Positions 41,062-51,500 of a DNA stretch of 64,000 nucleotides are shown piece after piece. The stretch's first letter is position 1; each line of letters begins with the position of its first letter. This stretch comes from Candidatus Latescibacterota bacterium. Lineage in GTDB: Bacteria > Latescibacterota > CBDEFO01. The stretch lies in assembly GCA_965248755.1 (NCBI GenBank), contig OZ252149.1, positions 3,584,001-3,648,000 of the forward strand, read 5' to 3'. A program made the translations under genes and the position numbers. Under the pieces are notes generated by a model. The model did no database searches and had not been told where the DNA came from. It worked only from the letters and a program-made list of their open reading frames with translations.

Positions 41062-41988
41062 ATGCTTATGAACTATCTAAAGTGTCCAATCTGTGATTGT
41101 GCTGCAAAACAGAAGGAACGTATAGTTGGGAAGTTTAAGCTTGGGAAGTTTAAGCATGAGAAGTTTAGGCTTGGGAAGTTTAAGCCAAGAGAGTTTTCGA
41201 TCTATCGGTGTTCTCACTGCCATTTTGCGTTTGTCGGCAACCCAATATTAGATTATGAACAGATCTACACAGAGGAATATTATCGCGGTCAAGGTGCTGA
41301 TCCGCTGGTGGATTATTACTTTGAGCTTGAACATCCAGAAGAAACGATCAGACAGTATGAATGGAGGGGCCTCGTCAGTGTGGTTCAAGATCTCATAACC
41401 GTTTCCCCACAAACGCGGTGGTTGGACTACGGATGTGGCAATGGAGGTCTTGTCAGGTACGTTCATCAGAAGAGATTAGCCGAAATCTATGGTTTTGACG
41501 AAGGCGAAATCGTTACCCGCTCAAAGGCCCTCGGTATTCCCTTGCTTGAGTCTGTTCAGCTTGAAAATATGAGCAAGAAGTTTGATATTGTTACGGCCAT
41601 TGAAGTATTAGAACATATTTCTGACCCCATCCAGATTCTCGAAAAAATCAGGCAGTTGATTAGACCCCAGGGACTATTCTTCTTCACTACAGGAAACGCC
41701 AGGCCCTTTCGGCACAAGATTACAAAGTGGTCCTATGTGATTCCCGAGATCCACACTAGCTATTATGAGCCAGAAACACTCTTTTATGCCCTGGAGAAGA
41801 CTGGATTCAAAGCCGAGTTTACCAGATGGCTGCCAGGTTGGTCGGACATCATTCGTTTCAAAATCCTTAAGAATCTGGGAATAAGGAGAAAAAATCTATT
41901 TGAAGCGGTGTTGCCATGGGGTTTACTGACGAAGCTGGCTGATCAGCGATATGGAGTAACGCATCATCCTATAGGGTGGGCGAAATAG
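41062..41988 (+). CDS. Class I SAM-dependent methyltransferase with Zn ribbon
   Basis: CPIC...CSHC, WLDYGCGNG, FDIVTAIEVLEHI. Confidence 0.88.
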   Translation: MLMNYLKCPICDCAAKQKERIVGKFKLGKFKHEKFRLGKFKPREFSIYRCSHCHFAFVGNPILDYEQIYTEEYYRGQGADPLVDYYFELEHPEETIRQYEWRGLVSVVQDLITVSPQTRWLDYGCGNGGLVRYVHQKRLAEIYGFDEGEIVTRSKALGIPLLESVQLENMSKKFDIVTAIEVLEHISDPIQILEKIRQLIRPQGLFFFTTGNARPFRHKITKWSYVIPEIHTSYYEPETLFYALEKTGFKAEFTRWLPGWSDIIRFKILKNLGIRRKNLFEAVLPWGLLTKLADQRYGVTHHPIGWAK

Positions 41989-42755
41989 AGCATATCGAGG
42001 CGCTACAGTGGGAGGTCTCACAAGATTGTTGTCTTTCGTGTGGGTCAGCGTCTTAGACCCTTTCTTGGCCGGTGAGACTACTTCCTGAAGCGTTATGAAA
42101 TTAAATAGAAATTCAATTGGGATTGACACGAACTAAGATGGCAGCTTCAACTTCCGTTCGAAACGGACTTGTAGTCTAGCAAAACATACAGTGTAATTAG
42201 AATGAATGAACCTTTAGTACAGTGGACGTTATTAAACAATTTCGAGTTCTTATCCAAATCATTGGATTTTAGAATTGCAAGGAAAAGAGGTCAGGAAATT
42301 ACAACTGATTTTGGGAGGATTGATTTTATTGTAGAAGATTTCAATACTAATCAGATGATTGTCGAATTGGAAACAGTTTTAAACCAGAAAAACAAATTAG
42401 AATACTGTTTTAAGCAGCTGATTAATTACAAAAATGTGCGTTTTACTGACCAAACAGAATATTGCCTATTATATGCCTCTGAAACTAATGCAAACTCAAG
42501 ACTTCGTATTCATAGGTTTGGTAAAGCTAATAATATTCTAATACGAACTTATTCCTTAAATGATATTAAGGGGCTTTACACATCAACTTTAGAAAGGCTA
42601 AGTCTGAGCTTTGGATTAGCTTTGCCGAAACCTAAAACTTACACAATCTCCTATTTAAGATGGTTAAATAAGATTCTAAAGCCGTTTGATGATTTCACTA
42701 AGGATAATCATACCGCTCCCCTTGACAGAGCGACAAATATTTCGCAAATTGGGGT

Positions 42756-43085
42756 TTGAGAAGGGAGGTCAAGGTGTCGAGCCCCGAAGTGAAAGATGGT
42801 AAGCGCTGGACGGCGACCCGTAAGGGAGAGATTGTGTTGGCTCTTTTGAGAGGAGCAGATCTATCTGAGGTGTGTCGTAAGAATGGAATTAGCCAGTCGC
42901 AGGCGTATGCTTGGCGTGATAGTTTCTTAGAAGGGGGCCAGGAGAGTCTGAAGTCTCGGCGTGGTCGCAAGGATCCGAAGGAGCGAGAGGTTAGCCGGTT
43001 GGAGCGCAAGGTAGGGCAGTTGACGCTCCAGTTGGAGATACTCGAAGAGGTAGCCCGTCTAAAAAAAACGAAGCGGTTGCCTTGA
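42756..43085 (+). CDS. IS3 transposase OrfA (HTH)
   Basis: EVCRKNGISQSQAYAWRD; A8 slippery run at 43061-43068. Confidence 0.88.
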   Translation: MRREVKVSSPEVKDGKRWTATRKGEIVLALLRGADLSEVCRKNGISQSQAYAWRDSFLEGGQESLKSRRGRKDPKEREVSRLERKVGQLTLQLEILEEVARLKKTKRLP

Positions 43086-43945
43086 GTGGGCGGTTTTTGG
43101 GTCGAGGCTATTCCCGCAAGGTGGTAGCTTTGGCTTTGGGTTTGCATCGTTCGACTCTGTATAGGTTTAGGGATAGAGGTGTCAGTTCTTCTGTTAAAGA
43201 GCCTGTGATAGATGAGGAGCTTGCTTTTCGTATTCGAGGGATACTGGACCAAGAAGAGGCATTTGGTCACAGGCGGGTTTGGGCGCATCTTCGTTTCAAG
43301 GAAGGGGAATGTGTCAACGTTAAGAAGGTTCATAGGATAATGAAGCTTAAGGGGTGGCAGTGTAAGCTGTGGAATCGTCCCGGGAGAAAGGGGCCACAGG
43401 TTGCCCAGAAGCGTTCTGTGGTGGATAGTCCCGACAGTTTGTGGTCGAGTGACTTGACAAAGATTTACTGTGGAAAAGATGGTTGGTGTCCTCTTATTGC
43501 GGTGGTGGACAACGGAAGCCGGGAGGTTCCTGGGTATCGTTTTAGTCGAAAAGGGAGGGCACTGGAGGCCACAGATGCCCTGGATCGGGCCGTGATCTCT
43601 CGATACACTTCCAAGGAGGCTGTCCCCCAGGGTCTCACTTTGCGCTCTGACAATGGTTCCATCTTTTTGGCTCGGGCCTATTTGGCCAGTACCGAATATT
43701 GGGGAATTCGTCAGGAATACATACCAAGTGGTAAACCCGATTGGAACGGTGTTGTAGAGCGTTTTTTCAGGACCCTCAAGCAAGAGTGTGTTTGGCTTCA
43801 CAAGTTTGAATCCTTTGAACAGGCTGAGAAGATCATATCTCAGTGGATCGATAATTACAACAAGAACAGGCTTCATTCATCCCTGGGATATAAGACCCCA
43901 AAAGAGTGGAGAAAACAATTTTATCTACTACCCCAGGTTGCTTAA
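43082..43945 (+). CDS. IS3 transposase OrfB (DDE integrase core), -1 frame
   Basis: WSSDLT, LRSDNGS, ERFFRTLKQE, RLHSSLGY. Confidence 0.92.
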   Translation: MSGRFLGRGYSRKVVALALGLHRSTLYRFRDRGVSSSVKEPVIDEELAFRIRGILDQEEAFGHRRVWAHLRFKEGECVNVKKVHRIMKLKGWQCKLWNRPGRKGPQVAQKRSVVDSPDSLWSSDLTKIYCGKDGWCPLIAVVDNGSREVPGYRFSRKGRALEATDALDRAVISRYTSKEAVPQGLTLRSDNGSIFLARAYLASTEYWGIRQEYIPSGKPDWNGVVERFFRTLKQECVWLHKFESFEQAEKIISQWIDNYNKNRLHSSLGYKTPKEWRKQFYLLPQVA

Positions 43946-44556
43946 TTGGTGTCGCTTTCCTGGGAAGCAGTACATAATTTGAATGTAAATGAAGTAGCTA
44001 AGTACTTCACTTCCCCAAAGTCAACGAATTTCAGTTGCTATTCTAGATTGGCATTAGATCTTGAAATGATTAGTAAAGAGACAAACTCTTATGTACTTAC
44101 ACAGAACGGCAGGGACTATGTCACTAATTTTAATCCTGAGATCCATGTTGCATCTAATCTCTCTTCAATTAATCTGACTAATGAGCAAAAGAAGGTTTTG
44201 TTGAGAGTAATCACAAATGGGAATTGGACTCTCCACAAGGTCAGCATCTACTGGTTTCTACGCTTTATGGAAGTTACAAATGGTGAATGGATACCTAATT
44301 TTAAAGAATTCGATGCATCCAAGCTTGATCTTGTCAATGGCTTGTTCGGGGTCAGTTACAAAATCAGAACCATGTATGAATTCTTAAAGTTTGTCTGCAA
44401 TTGGTGTTTAGAGTTGGGGTTAGTGGAGAGAATTAAGACAAATTCAACCTATGATAGAATCTACCTAACCCCACTAGGAATTGAAATAAATAATATTTTC
44501 AGTGTTGATCTACAATTGAAAAAGTCAAGGCTTAACCTAAACTTCACATATTTAGA

Positions 44557-44841
44557 ATGATGGACCGTGATGAATTGTTAGAAGACTACATTAGAGAGAA
44601 TTATGAGGTTTACGACAGATTCACTTTTGATTATGTCTTTAAGAGACTCTTAAAAGATGGTTATAGCCATGAAGAAGCCAAAGATGTCATACTGAATAGC
44701 TGTGCTTTGAGCGCCTTAGTTCTACAGAAGAGAATCCACAACGACTTCTATTTGGAAATCAATGAAGATGATGTGATTTCTGCTGATTTACTAGAATTAA
44801 GAAACGAAATTTATAGAAGACACTTCTCCAACAGAAATTAG
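44557..44841 (+). CDS. Hypothetical protein translationally coupled to the nuclease
   Basis: ATGA overlap with the upstream stop; same AT-rich composition. Confidence 0.6.
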   Translation: MMDRDELLEDYIRENYEVYDRFTFDYVFKRLLKDGYSHEEAKDVILNSCALSALVLQKRIHNDFYLEINEDDVISADLLELRNEIYRRHFSNRN

Positions 44842-44854
44842 CAAATTTAAATAC

Positions 44855-44933
44855 CTTACTGTTCCCCGAGACGAAGCGACAGATATTTTCCAAAGTAAAG
44901 CGGGGCAAGCGTGTCGCTTTTGTTAAGCTTACA
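44855..44933. mobile_element. Miniature relic made of IS3-like ends
   Basis: tactgttcccc..agcgacagatattt resembles the IS left end at 42711; gtgtcgcttt resembles the right end at 43949. Confidence 0.55.
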
Positions 44934-44973
44934 TTTATTAAAAGACTTTAAGTGCTCAAAGGACAAAGTGGAA

Positions 44974-45269
44974 ATGGCTGCACAGTACGTCCTTAGCAAA
45001 TACATCGACCAGGCAAGAGGACAAGCTGTATACGATAAGCTCGAAGACGGCACATTCACAGGTCATATTCCTCCCTGCAAAGGGGTCGTAGCATTCGGAG
45101 TAACGTTGCGCAAGTGTGAGGATGAACTGCGATCCAGCTGGAGGATTGGATATTGGTAGGTCTCAAAATGGGGCATTCTCTGCCGGTGATTGGAGGTATT
45201 GATCTAAGGGTGGAACCGATAGGTGCATCGGTGGACACATGTAATTGTCACGCTACATATCAGAGGTAA
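44974..45269 (+). pseudogene. HicB-family antitoxin, frameshifted near 45138
   Basis: LEDGTFTGHIPPCKGVVAFG...ELRS then, in another frame, LEDWILVGLKMGHSLPVIGGIDL. Confidence 0.75.
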
Positions 45270-46037
45270 ATGTTAGGCGACATATATTTCTTATCCGATG
45301 CTCACATAGGCCTCGAGGAGGAGAAGACCGAAGTCATCAAGCAGGAAAAGCTCATTTCCTTTATACGGGGTTTAAAGGGGAAAGCCGAGGTTCTCTACAT
45401 AGTGGGGGACCTCTTTGACTTTTGGTTTGAGTACAAGACCGTCGTGCCCAAAAGGGGACTTAAGGTCCTCTTTGAACTTGAAAGGCTGATCGAATCTGGA
45501 ACAAGGGTTGTGTATATAGCGGGAAATCACGATCTTTGGGGTGATACGAGTACCGTTGGTTCGTTCTTATCTGATGAAATAGGGATTGAGTTTAGCCCCG
45601 ATCCTGTAGACGTGTGCCATCACAGCTTGAAAATTCACATCGCTCACGGCGACGGTCTCTCCGGGAGTAGGGGAGACAGGCTCGTAAAATGGATACTCAA
45701 AAATCGCGCCTGCATCCGACTCTTTAGACTGCTCCATCCCGATCTTGGGAACCTGGTGGCCAAGCTTGTGTCAAAAACCAGCAGAGACTCACGCCCCCCG
45801 ACCCCCGATTTAATCGGAGGGGGGGCAATGGGAGGCTGGAACGACTTCAAGGAAATCTATGTCCAAGCGGCAGAGGACAGACTTCAAGAGGGCTTTGATG
45901 TAGTAGTATTCGGGCACCTTCATATCCCCTTGGTGGAAGAGTTAGAATGCGGAACTTTGGTCATCTTAGGTGACTGGATAAGGCACTTTACCTACGGTAT
46001 TCTACAGGACGGAAAGATCAGCCTGAGGGAGGTATAA
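45270..46037 (+). CDS. lpxH: UDP-2,3-diacylglucosamine diphosphatase (LpxH-like)
   Basis: SDAHIG, GDLFDFW, GNHD, HGD, GHLH, LGDW. Confidence 0.8.
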   Translation: MLGDIYFLSDAHIGLEEEKTEVIKQEKLISFIRGLKGKAEVLYIVGDLFDFWFEYKTVVPKRGLKVLFELERLIESGTRVVYIAGNHDLWGDTSTVGSFLSDEIGIEFSPDPVDVCHHSLKIHIAHGDGLSGSRGDRLVKWILKNRACIRLFRLLHPDLGNLVAKLVSKTSRDSRPPTPDLIGGGAMGGWNDFKEIYVQAAEDRLQEGFDVVVFGHLHIPLVEELECGTLVILGDWIRHFTYGILQDGKISLREV

Positions 46038-46194
46038 GTAACGCAGGGGTGAGATTCCCTCGCCAGGTAAACAGGGCACCAGCTACGATACCTTGAGTGC
46101 CCGATTGAATCTATCGGGGCTTCGGGGCGAGTGCTCCTCGCAATGACCAAAAACAACAGTCAACAACGACTGGAAGCCGTAGCCCCCGTGAATA

Positions 46195-46340
46195 ACGCCC
46201 GAAGATTCGGTCCGGACTTTGACGATGCTTATCAATATGTTGCAGCTGAGAAATAGGATCTAACTATCGTCAGTTTTTACGGGCACTTTGATCGCACCGA
46301 AAGGGGGAGAAAGACCCCGCCGGAGCTTCTGACAGGGTAA
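46195..46340 (+). pseudogene. PIN/VapC toxin C-terminal remnant
   Basis: Translates RFGPDFDDAYQYVAAEK*DLTIVSFYGHFDRTERGRKTP. Confidence 0.7.
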
Positions 46341-46432
46341 CAAGATGTAAGGGCTGCATAACTCGACCCCTGAGTTCAGATATGGGAGGTTCTGGCCTGT
46401 CCACCCCTGATTGAGTCTATCTCTAATTGAAC

Positions 46433-47416
46433 CTATCGGGGGATGCTTTCTACTGCCTTTTGCAGTGCCCTCATATCCTCAGGCATATCGGACGAGAAAG
46501 AAAGATGCCTCTTTGTCCTTGGGTGGACAAATCCTAAAGTCTGTGCGTGGAGGGCTTGACGAGGCATTAACTTGAGCAACCTTCGGGCGACAAGTTGAAA
46601 TTTGGAGGCGATCCCCTTTACCTTTTTCTCTCTGCCACCATAGAGGGGGTCTCCAAATATGGGGTGACCTATAAAGGAAAAGTGGACTCTTATCTGATGC
46701 GTCCTTCCCGTTTCAAGCTCAGCGGTGACTGAGGAGATAAAAGCGAACTCGTTTTCGATGTGGAACCTTGTGGCTGCGTATTTGGAGGAATCTGCCCCCA
46801 TCACAGACATCCTCGTCCGCTCTTTCCTGTGACGACCTATGGGAGCTTCGATCCTATTTGACTGATAGGAGCTTATCTTTCCCCACACAAATGTCCTGTA
46901 TTTCCTCGTGATGGATCTTTCTTTAAGCTGTTCTGAAAGGCAGATGTGGGCGCGGTCGTTCTTTGCCACCATCAAAAGACCTGATGTGTCCTTGTCCAGC
47001 CGGTGGACGATTCCGGGCCGCAGCACGCCATTTATGCCTGACAGGTCTCGGCAGTGGTATAAAAGGGCGTTGACCAGAGTGCCGGTGTAGAAACCTGAAG
47101 CAGGGTGTGTGATCATCCCTGCCGGTTTGTTGACTACAACGAGGTCTTCGTCCTCAAACAAAATATCCAGAGGGATTGCCTCTGGAGTCAGATCGTAGGC
47201 TGTGGGATCTGGGATCTCAACTGATATTATATCTTCGGGTTGTACAGCCCAACTGGGCTTTTTGATCTGAGCGTTATTTACCTCAACAGCTCCATCTTTG
47301 ATCAGTTTCTTGATTTGGGAGCGGGAAATGCTCAAATCGCTTTCTGACAGGAATACGTCAAGTCGTATCCCTCTGCACTGGTTCTTTGAGACTTGGAGCT
47401 CTGCTTTTTTCCCCAT
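46433..47416 (-). CDS. rluD: RluA/RluD family pseudouridine synthase
   Basis: S4 domain, VNKPAG, VHRLDKDTSG, TGRTHQIRVH, RQALHA. Confidence 0.9.
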   Translation of the reverse strand: MGKKAELQVSKNQCRGIRLDVFLSESDLSISRSQIKKLIKDGAVEVNNAQIKKPSWAVQPEDIISVEIPDPTAYDLTPEAIPLDILFEDEDLVVVNKPAGMITHPASGFYTGTLVNALLYHCRDLSGINGVLRPGIVHRLDKDTSGLLMVAKNDRAHICLSEQLKERSITRKYRTFVWGKISSYQSNRIEAPIGRHRKERTRMSVMGADSSKYAATRFHIENEFAFISSVTAELETGRTHQIRVHFSFIGHPIFGDPLYGGREKKVKGIASKFQLVARRLLKLMPRQALHAQTLGFVHPRTKRHLSFSSDMPEDMRALQKAVESIPR

Positions 47417-47891
47417 CCTCCACGTCCTTCCTTACAAAGTAAACGGCGGCCAGGAGGATAACACCCGCTGTGACCCACATATCGGCCATATTAAAGATGT
47501 ACCATCTTACATCGTTTATGCCTACATCCAGAAAGTCAATAACTTTTGAGAGTCTGATCCTGTCTATCAAATTGCCCAAGGCGCCGCCCAGGATCATAGC
47601 GAGCGCTATTTGGGTGGTGCCTCGATCCGTTGTGGGGCGCCATATCAGAAAACATACGAAGATTATGGCAAAGGCCGACAAGACGATGTGTACGGTATTT
47701 CCTCCAAGGGACAATCCGAAGGCGGCCCCCTCGTTATAGATGTAGGTGAGTTTGAAAAGGTCCCCGATGACGCTAATCGAATCACCGGGTCTCATATACT
47801 TTGAGACGATTACTTTGGACAGCTGATCCAAAATAAGCGTTGCCAAAAAGACCCAGAAAGCGTCTGATATATTTTCTGATTTTTCCCTCAT
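47358..47891 (-). CDS. lspA: Lipoprotein signal peptidase
   Basis: DQLSK, NEGAAFG, GGALGNLIDR, VIDF, FNMAD. Confidence 0.95.
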   Translation of the reverse strand: MREKSENISDAFWVFLATLILDQLSKVIVSKYMRPGDSISVIGDLFKLTYIYNEGAAFGLSLGGNTVHIVLSAFAIIFVCFLIWRPTTDRGTTQIALAMILGGALGNLIDRIRLSKVIDFLDVGINDVRWYIFNMADMWVTAGVILLAAVYFVRKDVEDGEKSRAPSLKEPVQRDTT

Positions 47892-48054
47892 GGCTAGTAG
47901 ATAGTAGATAGCGTGCAGTAGGCGAAGATTCGCGTGTATGCCCTACAATACGGATAAATCGGGCGGATCACTTCAGAGGTTATTTCCATCAGCCGCCCCA
48001 CTTCGTGGCTTGTTGCGAAATCTCCCTGTCCACTGATGATTGGGATTGCCCCTA

Positions 48055-48426
48055 CTATCTACTTTTTTCCTCCTCAGATTTGCACTTTATACACTTGGTG
48101 GTGTGAGGGACAACTTCGAGCCTGTCTTTGCCAATTTCCTGGCCGCATACTACACATGCTCCGAAGGTCCCCTCTTCTATCCGTTCGAGCGCCTGCTCCA
48201 AATGGTGCAGGTAGTTGCCGTCCAGCGACACGAAGTGCGAGGTCATTTCTTTTTTCATTGCATCTGTGCCCTGGTCAGCCATGTGCCAGGAATACGAAGA
48301 TTGGTCCGCTGAGGAGTCTCTGGCGTTTCTCTTTACGGAGTCTTCCATGGCTCCCAACTGTTCGGTTATTTCGTTCTTTCTGGCTATTAGGAGCTCTTTG
48401 AAGTGTTGCAGGTGTTTCTTGTTCAT
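48055..48426 (-). CDS. TraR/DksA C4 zinc-finger protein
   Basis: HMADQGTD, CVVCGQEI..RLEVVP..TKCIKC. Confidence 0.9.
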   Translation of the reverse strand: MNKKHLQHFKELLIARKNEITEQLGAMEDSVKRNARDSSADQSSYSWHMADQGTDAMKKEMTSHFVSLDGNYLHHLEQALERIEEGTFGACVVCGQEIGKDRLEVVPHTTKCIKCKSEEEKSR

Positions 48427-48573
48427 AAAGACTGGGCGTAAAAACTGTCTGCTTTAGATGGCAGAGGGAATGCCCTTCCCCTTTCTGCTAATGTTGAATG
48501 GATAGTCAACAAATTGATAACGTACAGCCAATAGAGAGGATCTCTGTCCACTCTCTACTTGTTCTGTTAAAGA

Positions 48574-51500
48574 CTACAAGATGCGCTCTACAGAGATTAT
48601 TACGTCTTGCCCATTTACGTTTTCCTTTTGGACCGAATCCCCGCAAGGTGGGGCGCCCACCTCCTGTGGGGAGCCCACTCCGTGTTCGTCACAGGCTTCC
48701 AAATTTATGCACAGTGTCTCAGTCTTTATATAATCCCCAAAGTTTGCTATTGCACTTTTGAATTTGTCGCTTGATCTATATTTGATCTTTATTCTATCTG
48801 AGACCTCAAAGTCACAGGCTTTTCGCATATTCTGGACCTTGTGCACAAATTCCCTTGCAAATCCTTCAGAGATCAGTCCGTCCGAAAGTCTGGTGTCCAG
48901 GGCCACAAGGAAGCTCTGATCCTCAGCCACAGCCATGCCCTCCCTGGGGGAAATCTCCACCTCAGCTTCCTCGGGGGTTATAGTTATCTTTTCTCCCTCG
49001 ACTTCTATCTGTATATCCGAGCCCGATTTGAGCCTATCGACGGCATCAGAACCGTCCACACTTTCCAAAGCGGACTTTATTTTGGGCATTAAGTTTCCGT
49101 ATTTGGGACCCAGGGCGCTGAAGTTGGGCTTTATAGAGTAACGGACTAAATCCACCGGATCATCCAGGATCTTTATCTCTTTGACGTTGAGTTCGTCTTT
49201 GACGATCCCTTCTAAGTTACCGAGGCCGTCGGTTGTAGCTTCGTCTTTGAAGACGATCAGAAATTCGCTCAAAGGCTGTCTTATCTTCAGTTGGGTGTTA
49301 TTTCTGATAGATCTTCCGAGTCCCGTGACCCGGATCGCTGCTCTCATCTGGTCCATTAAATCTGCCTCTATCAGACTCTCGTCGGGCCTGGGGTATTCGC
49401 AGTGGTGGACGCTTTCGGGCATGTTCCCGTTATCAAAACGGACTGCCGACTGGTATATCTCCTCTGAGAGGAACGGGAGCACGGGGGCCAATATCTTTGA
49501 CAGGGTCGAGATGCACTCGTAGAGGGTGGTGTATGCGGCAAGTTTATCTGTGTCGTTTTCGCTCTTCCAGAATCTCCTCCTGCTCCTCCTGACGTACCAG
49601 TTCGAAAGCTCATCTGTAAAGTCCCGGGCGCCTCTGACCATGGAGGCTGTGTTGTAGTCATCCATGGACTTGACGGAGTCAAAGATCAAGAGGTTCAGCT
49701 TGGATATTATCCACCTGTCTAAAAGGTGCCTTTGGTCTACCGGGGGGGATTCCCTTTTCGGGTCGTATTTATCTAAATTGGCGTAAGTTATGAAGAACTT
49801 AACCGTGTTCCAGAGCGTCAGAAGTTCGCGTTTGGCATCGTCCCCTGCAGAGTAGCCGAAGTTGAGGTTTATGACCGGGTTTTGGAGGGAAAATATCCAT
49901 CTCATAATGTCCACGCCCATCTTTTCTGCGGCGTCTTTGAACCATATAGCATTGCCTTTGCTTTTGTGCATCTCCTCGCTGCGTTCGTCCCGCACCTGAG
50001 CGTGTCCGAGGACGGTCCTGAAGGGCTCTCTATTTTCCAGGACAGTGCTCATTGCCAGAAGGGAGTAGAACCAGTTTCTGAACTGTCCCGCAAACGATTC
50101 TGTTATGAAATCTGCGGGGAACCACCTGTCCCAGTATTCCCTGTCGCCTCTGTAGTTGAGCGTCGAGTAGGCAACTATTCCGGCGTCCAGCCAGGGGTTG
50201 CCCACGTCTTTTATGCGGGTGACCTTCTTTTTGCACTTTTTGCACTCTATTTTAACAGCGTCCACCCAGGGTCTGTGCGGGCTATTGCCCTCAAAATCCT
50301 CCCATCCTCCGACAGCCCTTTCCTCTAATTCCTCTTTTGAGCCAATTACGTCGAAGTGTCCGCATTCGCATTCGTATATTGGTAGAGCCAATCCCCAGTA
50401 CCTCTTTTTGGAGATGCACCAGTCGTGCATATTTTTGAGCCAATCCAGCTCCCTTTCCAGACCGAAGTCGGGTATCCATCTTATCTTTTTGGATACGTCC
50501 ATTATCTTGTATCTGAGCTCGTCCATATATATGAACCACTCATCTACGAGCCTGAACACGAGCTCGCTGTCGCATCTCCAGCACACAGGATAGCGGTGTG
50601 TGTAGTCCTCGACTTTGTAAAGAATGCCCCTCTTTTGCAGGTCTTCTATAATCTCCTCGCTGGCGTCCTGGGCGTTCTTGTCCACAAGCCAATCGAAGCC
50701 TTCGATGTAGTTTCCGAATTCGTCTAAGGGCGCTATGACCTCAAGGTCCTCTTCTTTGCTCAGAGCGAAGTCCTCTTTACCGCATCCGGGGGCAATGTGG
50801 ACGATGCCTGTGCCCTCAGTTTCGCTCACTTCATTCCATGCTATGACTCTGTGCTCTACTCCCTTCTGAGGGGGAAGGGCGTCGAAGGGGCCACTGTAGG
50901 TCAGACCTGAGAGTTTCCGTCCGGTCATCTCCTCGACGACCTTAAAGTCTCCATCTATGGAGGCATCCAATCTGCTTCTGGCAAGGTAGTAGTAATCGTC
51001 CCCCTGCTGTACCTTGACGTAAGTCATCTCAGGATGGACTGCGGCTGCGACGTTGGATGTGAGCGTCCAGGGCGTGGTTGTCCACAATAAAAGGTGTTCG
51101 TTCGGTCTATCCTTCAGTGTGAACTTGACGTATGGGCTCCTGTGGGCAATTTCCTTGTAACCTTCGGTGACGATTTCGTGCTCAGACAAGGCTGTGCCGC
51201 ACCTTGGGCACCAGGGCATCACGTCCGTGCCCTTGTATATCCATCCATTTTTGTGGCACTTTTTCAGGAAGTGCCATATGGAGTAGTTGTTCTCGTCTGA
51301 CATAGTGTAGTAGGAGTTGTCCCAGTCCATCCAGTAGCCCAGTCTTACCGATTCCTGCGTCTGTATAGCTGCATATTTTCGTACGCGCTCCTTGCACTTC
51401 TGGACGAATTCTGCGATGCCGTATTTTTCGATGTCCAGCTTGGAGTTGAAGCCGAGTTCCTTTTCGACTTCGACTTCGACCCACAGTCCCTGGCAGTCGA

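Larger units (their letters stand above)
42709..43974 (+). mobile_element. IS3-family insertion sequence
   Basis: orfA/orfB; imperfect IRs taccgctcccc..agcgaca / tgtcgct..gggaagcagta; (A)TAAT target duplication at 42705 and 43975. Confidence 0.9.
42202..44560 (+). pseudogene. PD-(D/E)xK-like nuclease with winged-helix C-terminus, interrupted by IS3
   Basis: Joining 42708 to 43979 restores the frame (FTKDN|LNVNEV), ~362 aa; GRIDFIVED...IVELE motif; AT-rich. Confidence 0.7.

Noticed and set aside
41989..42097. attC site after the methyltransferase
   Set aside because: Long imperfect hairpin ending GTTATGA, but the inverse core reads ATC rather than AAC and the box spacing is off; at most degenerate.
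36118..45269. Intact prophage or ICE
   Set aside because: No full integrase, terminase, capsid or conjugation genes.
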